A stretch of 64,000 nt of DNA from a virus (lineage: Duplodnaviria > Caudoviricetes). Position 1 is the first letter of the stretch; each line of letters starts with the position of its first letter. Where the stretch lies: positions 14,366 through 78,365 of the IMG/VR virus record IMGVR_UViG_3300046467_000865, one strand, 5' to 3'. Positions 56,157 to 64,000 of the stretch are shown here, in pieces. Under the pieces are notes generated by a model. That model saw only the letters and a list, made by a program, of their open reading frames with translations, made no database searches and was not told the origin of the DNA. The translations under genes were made by a program, and so were the position numbers.

Positions 56157-56292
56157 CTAATTTTTTTTGGGATTTCTTATAGGGACAATTCTTTCCCTAT
56201 TTTCCCATGCAATCCTATCAGTTTCTTTTTCCAGTCTCGCCATCTTCCTTATGTCTTCTCGGCGTTTGAGAACCTTGATCTTTGCCTTTTTT

Positions 56293-56595
56293 TCACGAGA
56301 CTTCTTTTTCTGCTCTCTTTTTCTTTTTGGCATCGGGCATCTCTTTAACTTGGATCGTTATATCATACCGAGTACCGCCAAATAAATCACACCCCATAGT
56401 GTGGAGTATGTCTTCAATTGTTGCTGAGTCACAACCATGAACGAATCCAGTGGCGTCTTTACCGTGAACCTTGGACTGGTTTCTGCCGTTGAGACGTATA
56501 AATCTTAATTGATGCCTCGTGAGGGCATCTAGATTGCACTGGATGCTCAAAGACTTCACCTTCTTTTTCATCTTAGCTCCATCATAGTTAGCCAT
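56293..56595 (-). CDS. hypothetical protein
   Basis: Start moved to ATG 56595 because the track's upstream extension lies inside the tmRNA. Confidence 0.5.
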   Translation of the reverse strand: MANYDGAKMKKKVKSLSIQCNLDALTRHQLRFIRLNGRNQSKVHGKDATGFVHGCDSATIEDILHTMGCDLFGGTRYDITIQVKEMPDAKKKKRAEKEVS

Positions 56596-56625
56596 CAATA
56601 GTTCCTTTTCAAAATTAGTTAAAAG

Positions 56626-56955
56626 TGGAGGCGGGGGGAGTCGAACCCCCGTCCTGAATAGCTGCCACAATAGCTTCTACATGGTTAGTCTGTTGTTATC
56701 ACACAGCAGACAAAGCTATCCGATTATCGGAGTCAGACCATTATGGTCATCAGATCTATTTATTGGTTGATCTTCCTATCCGAATTATCGGAGTCATAGT
56801 AGTTTGATTAATGGAGATACTAACTCCGCTGCACTATACAGCTAACGCGAACTGAGGTTCGGCATTTAAAATTTAGTCAGCTTTTATAGTGGCCTACTGA
56901 CCAACCACTCCATGCAACCATTATTTTCACCACCAGTCGATACCTTTTCGCCCCC
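56626..56955 (-). ncRNA. ssrA: tmRNA; tag reading frame 56834..56863 = AEPQFALAV*
   Basis: Acceptor stem GGGGGCG/CGCCTCC-A with G3:U70, T arm GGGGG-TTCGACT-CCCCC, pk1 AGTGG/CCACT + GTCAG/CTGAC, AAAT preceding a GCC resume codon. Confidence 0.97.
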
Positions 56956-57246
56956 TTAGTACTTCTTTTCTATTTTAGGATTACAAGTCAGTCTATTGTT
57001 TTTAAACTCACAAAAGAAACTATCACATAGGATAGCAGTTGGTACATCCCAAGCCTCTTGTCGTTCTTCAATCCAGACGTTAATGCGCCATCTATTTCCA
57101 AACACGTTCTTGGCTTTGATAGACTTGAAGTTCTTAGGCTTTCCTAGCCTGTCAAGAACCCTCTTTTTTATTACCGTGTCGCTTACTTGTTCATTACTTG
57201 ACACTGGTTGGTGCATCCCAATCTTATTAGGTTTTGTTACTTTCAT
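56956..57246 (-). CDS. hypothetical protein
   Basis: Its stop codon abuts the tmRNA 5' end. Confidence 0.55.
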   Translation of the reverse strand: MKVTKPNKIGMHQPVSSNEQVSDTVIKKRVLDRLGKPKNFKSIKAKNVFGNRWRINVWIEERQEAWDVPTAILCDSFFCEFKNNRLTCNPKIEKKY

Positions 57247-57479
57247 TTCATTGTATCAGACTTTTCCACCTGTGTCAATATCTCTTTTAGTTCTTCTGCC
57301 ATGAGAACTACGTTATGACGAGATACTGTTTCTTCACCGTCGTACCATATTTGAGTTAGTCCGATTTCTCCTCCCCCATTATGATGCGCAGTTGTTTCCC
57401 AGAAAAACTCTTTACCCAGTCTTTCGCTTCTTTTGAAGATAAGTGTCATTCTAACTCTCCCAACGTGGCTTGGCAACAC
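57243..57479 (-). CDS. hypothetical protein
   Basis: Collinear ORF; likely start near 57449. Confidence 0.45.
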   Translation of the reverse strand: MLPSHVGRVRMTLIFKRSERLGKEFFWETTAHHNGGGEIGLTQIWYDGEETVSRHNVVLMAEELKEILTQVEKSDTMK

Positions 57480-58399
57480 TCTCCAGCCCGTAGCAGTAAG
57501 GCGTCTTTAGCGTCGTCTAGTTTTCCTTCAGCCCACCGGCTTAAAGAATTAGTTTGTAGTTCTCTACCAAAAGAAAAAGTAGTATACCAAGGGAGGTTGC
57601 CAACTTGATTAATAGCATTAAGATTTTCTACCGCCATTCCATCAGGTTGACCTCCGCTAAGAAAGGCAATCATAGGAACAGCAGCGGGTACAGTTCTCTT
57701 AAAACAGTCTGTCGTTAGTTCGGAAACGTAGGTAGACGTTTTCACTGAGTTGTTATACCCGTTAAGAATCATGTTGGGTTTTAAAATCATGGTTTCTAAT
57801 GCAACGCCTTCGTAGTATACAGCATCAAAAACATGATGTAAAACTTTTTCTGTAAATCTTAGAGAATCGGTTATATGATGTCTACCATCCATTAAAACTT
57901 CTGGTTCTACTATCGGAACTATTCCTTCGTCCTGACATTTTTTAGCGTATCTAGCAAGGGTCCAAGCGTTAGCAATAACACAAGCGTCAGAGTCTTCAAC
58001 ATTAAGCACGGCGCGCCACTTGGCAAACTCTGCTCCTAAGTTTTTATATTCGTAGAGTCTTTTTGATAGTCCATCAAGCCCCTCTGTAAGAAGACCCTGT
58101 AGGTCATATGGTTTAGCCCCTTTGTCTACTTTTATTCCTAGACAAATACCCTTATCGACTAGGGGTTGTATTGTTTTCTCGTTTCTAATGGTTTCATCAA
58201 ATAGTATAACACCACCAATATAATTTTCTAATCCTTCGGCGGAGAAAAGGGTGTGTCTGTACGAGTGCCTACTTCCTTCTGTAGAGTCAACACCTACTGA
58301 CGCAAGTCTTCTGGCGATAGTAGGAGAGCTTTCGTCAGCGGCTAAGATCCCCTTGTTGCGAGATTCTTCACCTTGTATCTTATATATGACATTTCGCAT
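57446..58399 (-). CDS. fructose-1,6-bisphosphate aldolase, class I (eukaryote-like family)
   Basis: GILAADES, GGVILFDET, GIKVDKG, EGLDGL, FAKWRAV, LARYA, VPIVEPE, LKPNM (Schiff-base Lys), FLSGGQ, FSFGRELQ. Confidence 0.95.
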   Translation of the reverse strand: MRNVIYKIQGEESRNKGILAADESSPTIARRLASVGVDSTEGSRHSYRHTLFSAEGLENYIGGVILFDETIRNEKTIQPLVDKGICLGIKVDKGAKPYDLQGLLTEGLDGLSKRLYEYKNLGAEFAKWRAVLNVEDSDACVIANAWTLARYAKKCQDEGIVPIVEPEVLMDGRHHITDSLRFTEKVLHHVFDAVYYEGVALETMILKPNMILNGYNNSVKTSTYVSELTTDCFKRTVPAAVPMIAFLSGGQPDGMAVENLNAINQVGNLPWYTTFSFGRELQTNSLSRWAEGKLDDAKDALLLRAGECCQATLGELE

Positions 58400-58403
58400 G
58401 TTA

Positions 58404-58787
58404 TTATTTAATCCTTAACCACTTCAAGATTTTCTCTTTGAATCTCCAAATTTTCTCTTTGCGTGATTGTCTACCCAGAGTCACTGCATAAGATGGATAT
58501 TTAGCGAATTCTGAAACACTCTCGTTTAGTGTAAATACTAAGTAATCTCCCGTTTTAGGCCTCAACGCATCATTTGGGCCATACACTAGATGGGTAGGGC
58601 CGGGACCATCTTCTAGAATAAGATTGTACCCAACTTGCTTATGAGACCCGTGTTTATCATGATCACCTATGGATACAATTTTTTTCCACCAAACTGTTTT
58701 TAATTTTCCATCTTTGTTGTAGTAATACGGCTGTGCCGTTTTTGCCGGAAAGTCAGGCTCCTCGAAACTATGTATTATATCCCCCAT
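58404..58787 (-). CDS. hypothetical protein
   Basis: Probable start ATG 58787; a 46-aa TM ORF at 58775..58915 precedes it. Confidence 0.5.
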   Translation of the reverse strand: MGDIIHSFEEPDFPAKTAQPYYYNKDGKLKTVWWKKIVSIGDHDKHGSHKQVGYNLILEDGPGPTHLVYGPNDALRPKTGDYLVFTLNESVSEFAKYPSYAVTLGRQSRKEKIWRFKEKILKWLRIK

Positions 58788-58920
58788 AATATATATCCTG
58801 TAAGTATTCCAGTTAAGAACCAACCACCAAAAATAGTGAACAAGAGTATCAAGCCACAAAAAGCGTCTATTCTTCTTTGTTTGTCAAGCCACTTATTAAA
58901 ACCCTTGTCAGGCATAGTTG

Positions 58921-59145
58921 TCATTCCATCTTATAATTTTTAATAAACTCTGACAAATATAACCGGCTTGTTTCTGTGGTTATCTCAGCTAATTGTTTTA
59001 ATGTTAATTCTGTGCAATTCGTGGATAATACCTCTGGACCCTCGAATTGGTATTGATATATACGAACGACGTTTTCATCCGTTAGGTATACTACGGTTTC
59101 GTACTCTACTTCACCATATTTGGAAGTTGTTTTAGTTACTAGCAT
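58921..59145 (-). CDS. hypothetical protein
   Basis: Collinear ORF. Confidence 0.45.
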   Translation of the reverse strand: MLVTKTTSKYGEVEYETVVYLTDENVVRIYQYQFEGPEVLSTNCTELTLKQLAEITTETSRLYLSEFIKNYKME

Positions 59146-59383
59146 TCCACAGATACCAACCTAACCCAAGTCCCGCTGAGAAGATGAACAGATTATATAC
59201 ACCGATGCAGAAAAGGTCAATCAGGTCATAAGTTCTCATCGGCGCAATCCTCTTCATTTTAAGTTGTCCGGTTTCTTTGGTCAGAACGTCTTTAGCGTCG
59301 GTCATGATTTCCCCTAAAATATTATACCCATTTTCCACCCATTGGGTGTCTGTTATCAGACTTTTGATTCGGTCAGATTCCAT
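59132..59383 (-). CDS. small membrane protein
   Basis: C-terminal TM helix. Confidence 0.45.
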   Translation of the reverse strand: MESDRIKSLITDTQWVENGYNILGEIMTDAKDVLTKETGQLKMKRIAPMRTYDLIDLFCIGVYNLFIFSAGLGLGWYLWNASN

Positions 59384-59393
59384 AAGACAGGAT

Positions 59394-59774
59394 TTAAACT
59401 AACCAATCCTTCTCTGGTTGTTCAAGATCTTCATCTGTTGTGTAATCGAACAACACTTCTTCCCCTTTTTTAATTTCTCTTATTGAAACCAGTTGTTTTA
59501 TTGATCCATTCTCTTTGTGTATTGTTTCTATAACACAGTTGCAGTCAGTTTTAGAATGGTTAAACATACAGTTGGGAATTATATTTATCCAGTCGCACGG
59601 TCCAGAATAATTTTTAATCGAATTTGAGTGAACATGGGTTATATGTATAGTTGTACAAGCCGGTATAAAACCTTCTGCAAATAGGCCCATTCCATCTGTA
59701 CTACTATCTCTGTAGCAAAGAAGGTCGCTTATTTTGCCTTTAGCTTCACAATTAAAAAAACCTAAAGCTGACAA
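59394..59774 (-). CDS. SET-domain lysine methyltransferase-like protein
   Basis: GMGLFA, FNHS, IKKGEEVLFDY. Confidence 0.85.
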   Translation of the reverse strand: MSALGFFNCEAKGKISDLLCYRDSSTDGMGLFAEGFIPACTTIHITHVHSNSIKNYSGPCDWINIIPNCMFNHSKTDCNCVIETIHKENGSIKQLVSIREIKKGEEVLFDYTTDEDLEQPEKDWLV

Positions 59775-60349
59775 TTGTGTTCCTTTCTCAGATTATTTAG
59801 TCCACCACTCACCACACAATGAATAGCCTGTTTGCTACACCCAAACGTCTCTGCCATCTCGTTAACAGACTTGCCTTTTAGGTAGCGCAATTTAAGATAT
59901 TTTCTTTGCTTATTAGTGAGCGCTTTGGTTTTAAGAATTTTATTCACAACATTTCTTTGTTTAGCGACATACTCGTTTGTTTCAGCAGTGGGGGTAAACG
60001 GTTCCCTATAATCTTCTACATCTCCCAAATTGTTTTTGTGAACGCAACCATCTTTGCCAAAACGCTCAGCTTCGATAGAAAAGTGGTGTGGTCTTTTCCC
60101 TAATCTTTTCATTTCTCTAAACTCAGATATGATCTGATAGCGACCATAGGTAATTCTTAAAGTTGATCTTTTAACTCCCCTAGACGAATCAAAGTCATAC
60201 TCTGCTCTTATAATAGCGTTTACTACGTTAGTTATAACCTCACTGTCCTCAAGCATCCAGCCTCGCCCCCATCTCCCAATTATACACATAGCCTCTTTAG
60301 TGTAGTTTGCAAGACTTCTTTCTTCTTTAGGAATATTAAACATCTTCAT
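59762..60349 (-). CDS. sigma-70-like factor
   Basis: Region 2-like DFDSSRG and region 4 LTNKQRKYLKLRY...SVNEMAETFGCSKQAI. Confidence 0.75.
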   Translation of the reverse strand: MKMFNIPKEERSLANYTKEAMCIIGRWGRGWMLEDSEVITNVVNAIIRAEYDFDSSRGVKRSTLRITYGRYQIISEFREMKRLGKRPHHFSIEAERFGKDGCVHKNNLGDVEDYREPFTPTAETNEYVAKQRNVVNKILKTKALTNKQRKYLKLRYLKGKSVNEMAETFGCSKQAIHCVVSGGLNNLRKEHNCQL

Positions 60350-60614
60350 TTTTGTCGCCTCTCTTCCATCCTAATTTACAAAGGATACGCGCTATATCGC
60401 AAGACGCATCCTCTACCCATTCTTCATCTTTAGACCAGTCCGCTGCGTGTAGTAACTCATGTAGTAATACTTCTAATTCTTCCTCTCCTTTCACACTGCT
60501 GCATATTCTTATTTGCTTTTGATGTGTGTCGGGAGAATCACACTCCCCCCTAGTTTCTTCATCTAGATCAGTAAATAATAGTTCCCAGTATTTCCTGCAT
60601 ACTTTTATTCTCAT
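60336..60614 (-). CDS. HEXXH metalloprotease-like small protein
   Basis: VLLHELLHA...E. Confidence 0.55.
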   Translation of the reverse strand: MRIKVCRKYWELLFTDLDEETRGECDSPDTHQKQIRICSSVKGEEELEVLLHELLHAADWSKDEEWVEDASCDIARILCKLGWKRGDKNEDV

Positions 60615-61237
60615 TTAGCCGTCAGTATAAAAGCATCCATATATCCCTGAATGTCTGGATTGATCGGTTTAATCTGAGTAGCGTTATGCCACATGGCTTT
60701 ATCATCAAGCATAACCATTTCTCCACTCTCTAGTGGAAAGTCTAGTATCGGTTTTCCGTCGTAGGTTTTACAGACTAATAGATTTCCACCTGTTATGTTG
60801 TGTCTATTAATTCCAACCATAGCTATAAACCTGTAGCCGTCCTGATGCACCCCTTCTGGAGACACTGGAGTTAGTTCGTCTCTAGTAATAATCCTCATTT
60901 GATGAATTTCAATTTCGTGATCGTCTGAGAAACCGCTGGACTCTAAGAATGTGTCGCACATTTCCAACATACCACCACTCTCGATTACTTCATCCTCAAT
61001 ATCTTCAAATTTACGATCAACACCGCCCTGAAATTGATTGTAATGTGCTGACTGATTAAAAGCCTCAGACTCCATCTTCATATACTTAGAGTGGTCTGTA
61101 TGACACAGTTTAATTTTTGAGTAACGTCGTAGTCTATACTGACCGTCTCTGTGGTCTGTTGTTGGAAGCCTGTTAAATGAGTCTCTTACGGTGCTTACTC
61201 CCCAAGGACTAATCTGCTCTAGTTTTATCTTATACAT
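60611..61237 (-). CDS. 2OG-Fe(II) dioxygenase (2OG-Fe_Oxy_2/BsmA-like family)
   Basis: YRLRRYS, FNQ, HQMRI, SPEGVHQDG (HxD), WHNAT. Confidence 0.85.
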   Translation of the reverse strand: MYKIKLEQISPWGVSTVRDSFNRLPTTDHRDGQYRLRRYSKIKLCHTDHSKYMKMESEAFNQSAHYNQFQGGVDRKFEDIEDEVIESGGMLEMCDTFLESSGFSDDHEIEIHQMRIITRDELTPVSPEGVHQDGYRFIAMVGINRHNITGGNLLVCKTYDGKPILDFPLESGEMVMLDDKAMWHNATQIKPINPDIQGYMDAFILTAK

Positions 61238-61252
61238 ATTATCTCCGATGTA

Positions 61253-61516
61253 TCATAGAGGCCATTTAGGAATTTTCGGTTGTCGCCTCCCTTTGGTTAA
61301 AATCTTCCATTGTCCTGATGAAAAATGCTTCTTTTCTGTTAACCGCTCAAGTCTGTCCCTAAGATCTTTAATATCCTCGACATATTGTTTAATCATTGAA
61401 TCGTAATCTACGCTGGTTCCTTTTATATTAAGAAGGCCGCTATAAGCCACCTTAATACCACGCTCAAGTTTTCTTATTCGATATTCTACGTCTGCTATTT
61501 CTCTATTGTTTTCCAT
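61253..61516 (-). CDS. hypothetical coiled-coil protein
   Basis: Collinear ORF. Confidence 0.45.
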   Translation of the reverse strand: MENNREIADVEYRIRKLERGIKVAYSGLLNIKGTSVDYDSMIKQYVEDIKDLRDRLERLTEKKHFSSGQWKILTKGRRQPKIPKWPL

Positions 61517-61684
61517 AGCTCTTAGATAGATTATCTAGAAGATACACATAGTAACATTCATGACACGCTCCGCATCCACACAAGGGTCTACCATTCTTTA
61601 TCTCTTTCATCCTTTTGAGAATGAAATCATTAGTGAGAGCAATAGACCTGAAATAACTAACAATGCGTTCTTCTTTAAGTTGTT

Positions 61685-62671
61685 TCATTCTCTTTCCCCG
61701 CTAAGAAACCTACCCACTAACTCTTTGCATTGGTCAGACTTAACCAGTTCTATAAAATTAGTACGCTCTAGTAATTGAGCGTTATGCCTAGTTAGACTAA
61801 GGCAAATTTTAAAAGTATCTAATGCTCTATACGGAGACGGATATTTGTTTTTATCCCCAAACATTTTCTTTTGCTTTCGCCCAATGAGCCACTTAGTATA
61901 CATCCCCGCCAGCATCATCTTGAATTTGGATACTTTAGGAGCGACACACTTGTAAGCCTGAATACTCCTGTGGTCAACAGTGTTTATTATATTATACGCA
62001 ACTTCATCCCAGTTTGTGCCATCTTTTACTATTTCATCAACAAGACCTATCTCTAAAGCCTCTGACTCACCCACATTCCTACCTGAACAGATAAGTTCCA
62101 TAGCTTTTACAGGGTCTATGATACGAGGCAAACGTGTAGTACCACCCCATGAAGGCAATATCCCTAGCTTAACCTCTGGCAGAGCCAGCTTGGTTAATTG
62201 GTAGGTAGTATATTCAGTGTCTTCTGGTACAGGGTTCTCCAGAAGAATTCTAGAGGTGCAGGCTAGAGCTAACTCTAGACCTCCACCCATAGTTATCCCC
62301 TTCATTACTGCTACGGTTGGGATATTAAGGTCTTCTATCTTATTAAAGATGTCCTGACCTTTCTTTAGGATTTTATCAATATCCTCATCTGGTGCGTCAT
62401 GAGCCGAAACAAAATCCTTAACATTTGCCCCGACTACAAATGAACCCTTAGAACTTCTAAAGACTACCCCTCTGTAGCCTTTGATTGAAGGATACCCATA
62501 GTGATAGTCGGCATTTATGATGAAGTTATCCAAGATATAGTCAAGCTCATCAAGAGTTTCCATATCAAGGATGTTGTAGGGACGCTTAGTATGATTGAAA
62601 TTAATATAGCACACATTACGATGTGACCATGTTTCAAAATTACGAATAGCAAAACCTTTGTGTAACATCAT
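61685..62671 (-). CDS. enoyl-CoA hydratase domain of FadB/FadJ type, without the dehydrogenase domain
   Basis: FVVGANV, GGGLELALAC, LPEVKLGILPSWGGTTRLPR, ALEIGLVDEIV, YPSP, ERTNF. Confidence 0.9.
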   Translation of the reverse strand: MMLHKGFAIRNFETWSHRNVCYINFNHTKRPYNILDMETLDELDYILDNFIINADYHYGYPSIKGYRGVVFRSSKGSFVVGANVKDFVSAHDAPDEDIDKILKKGQDIFNKIEDLNIPTVAVMKGITMGGGLELALACTSRILLENPVPEDTEYTTYQLTKLALPEVKLGILPSWGGTTRLPRIIDPVKAMELICSGRNVGESEALEIGLVDEIVKDGTNWDEVAYNIINTVDHRSIQAYKCVAPKVSKFKMMLAGMYTKWLIGRKQKKMFGDKNKYPSPYRALDTFKICLSLTRHNAQLLERTNFIELVKSDQCKELVGRFLSGERE

Positions 62672-62749
62672 TATTTAATCCACCAGTTCCCGCCATCGGC
62701 CAGTAGAGAAAAAATCCCTACTGAAAATATAGCAACAATAATTATAGTG

Positions 62750-62968
62750 TCATACATCTTCTCTTTCCCTAGTTAAGTTGCGAATAACACATCCTTGTGT
62801 TTCCCCCCAAGTTTCGCATAGCTCTGTAAATTCGAGGTCTAAATCGTCACCAACATTCCAACCTAAACCATCAGTAATTTCAGCAGGAAGGGGAAGAAAG
62901 TATTGACCATCAAATTTAACTAACTTAACTACTACTCCTGCCGACTCACCCTTTTTTGGGCCACTCAT
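62750..62968 (-). CDS. AbrB/MazE-like swapped-hairpin protein
   Basis: FLPLPAEITDGLGWNVGDDL; probable start MSGPKK at 62968. Confidence 0.6.
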   Translation of the reverse strand: MSGPKKGESAGVVVKLVKFDGQYFLPLPAEITDGLGWNVGDDLDLEFTELCETWGETQGCVIRNLTREREDV

Positions 62969-63072
62969 CTTCAATATCCTCTCTGCAAAGTTCACAAACA
63001 ACTACTTCAGTCCCATTGGTATCATACATCCTATAAAACCGGAGGTCTCTTGTATAAGTTTCTTCACATTTC

Positions 63073-63887
63073 TCACAGGTCAACATCTTCAATCCTCTTT
63101 CCATTGTTATCAACTACTATCCAACCACAGCCCTCACATAAGACTCTAGCCGCATTACATTCTGGTGCAACACAGACTAAGTCACCAAAATCCTCACCAA
63201 AATGTTTCTCACTACACTCTTTACAAAAATCAGCCATCTTCAATCTCCCTCCCCAAATGCACACTGGTAACACTTGTAGACTACGTTACCTACTGGTATA
63301 CCTGCTTTGTAGTCTTCAACTGGTGCGGCGACATAACATTTATAAACAACTTCTGTCCATCTATCACATTCTTCACACACAACTGAACCATAAACCTTTT
63401 CTGCGTAAGGTTCTGACTTACTCTTTCTCATCTCTAATAGCCTCTCTACAAAGCACACAAAGAATAGAGCCATCTTTCATTATGTGATAACCAATCCCAA
63501 GTTCAGTTTCACAAGACTCTTTACATCTATGACAAATCTCCGCCATCTTCCACCATCTCCCCATTTTCCATCTTCCTAAATCTATCTACCAACTTCAACC
63601 CTTCGGCACACATTTCGTCTGGTATAGGTGCTATTGGACAGTCAACCAAAGTATGTTCCGTACTTGCACACCATGTACACATTGGAGTATCACTCATCTT
63701 TATTCATCTCCTCTGCAATATCCCTGTCAACTTCAAAACTACCATCAACATAATCAGAATCATTAGGCATGGGAGAGTCATCCCTTTCTGCCAGTTCTAT
63801 AGCCTCCTCCAGACTATCAGCTTCAACCTCAAGAGTTCCATAAACTTCCCAACTACATGGAATCTCGTAATACTTACTCATCTTCAA
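63073..63887 (-). other. run of four small Cys-rich/acidic genes (63073..63239, 63240..63473, approx. 63480..63698, 63690..63887)
   Basis: Short collinear ORFs with CxxC pairs, typical of phage early regions. Confidence 0.5.
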
Positions 63888-64000
63888 TCTCCTCGATAAT
63901 ATCGTAGATACTGATAAGAAAAGCGTAGGCTCGACTACCAGCAGTAGGGTTGTACTCGTTGCAAAGACGCTCTATCCTGATTAGTTTTTCCTCTTGGCTA

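Noticed and set aside
58880-58890. TTGACA as a promoter -35 box
   Set aside because: No -10 hexamer at 16-18 nt, and it lies inside a small TM ORF (58775..58915).
1022-63487. All other plus-strand ORFs in the track
   Set aside because: Each overlaps a well-supported minus-strand gene and has no motif support.
1-64000. Alternative genetic code or stop-codon reassignment
   Set aside because: Conserved genes are full-length under the standard code, and TAA, TAG and TGA all serve as stops.
1-64000. Cellular chromosome or integrated prophage boundary
   Set aside because: No ribosomal or other core cellular operons, integrase, att site or strand switch; metabolic genes are interleaved with phage hallmark genes.

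Overview
This is a 64-kb internal segment of a large dsDNA bacteriophage genome. Every credible gene is on the minus strand, genes are densely packed with many ATGA/TAATG overlaps, and no capsid, terminase or integrase gene is recognisable in the window. It has five parts. (1) A replication/recombination operon: SSB, an intein-free DnaE split into two genes, a DEDDh exonuclease, primase, DnaB, RecA and a Cas4/RecB-like nuclease. A translationally coupled lysine/arginine catabolic gene set sits inside it: lysine 6-dehydrogenase-like enzyme, Lat, ArgZ-like amidinotransferase, aldehyde dehydrogenase, HPPD-like VOC protein and an OCD/AlaDH-family enzyme. (2) Nucleotide metabolism genes (ThyX, dNMP kinase, dUTPase, class II RNR, dCMP deaminase), PhoH and tRNA-Arg(TCT). 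(3) An envelope or lysis-like cluster with two secreted trypsin-like proteases, a permuted NlpC/P60 protein and small membrane proteins. (4) A glycosylation/radical SAM cluster followed by IscA and a Tat-signal DUF1501 protein. (5) rIIA/rIIB, a complete tmRNA (tag AEPQFALAV), class I FBP aldolase, a SET-domain protein, a 2OG-Fe(II) dioxygenase, a FadB-type crotonase domain, two sigma-70-like factors and many small genes. DUF1501, the Tat substrates and the tmRNA tag point to a Planctomycetota host (inference). All family assignments come from motif recognition by eye; no database search was run, and novelty relative to the literature could not be verified.
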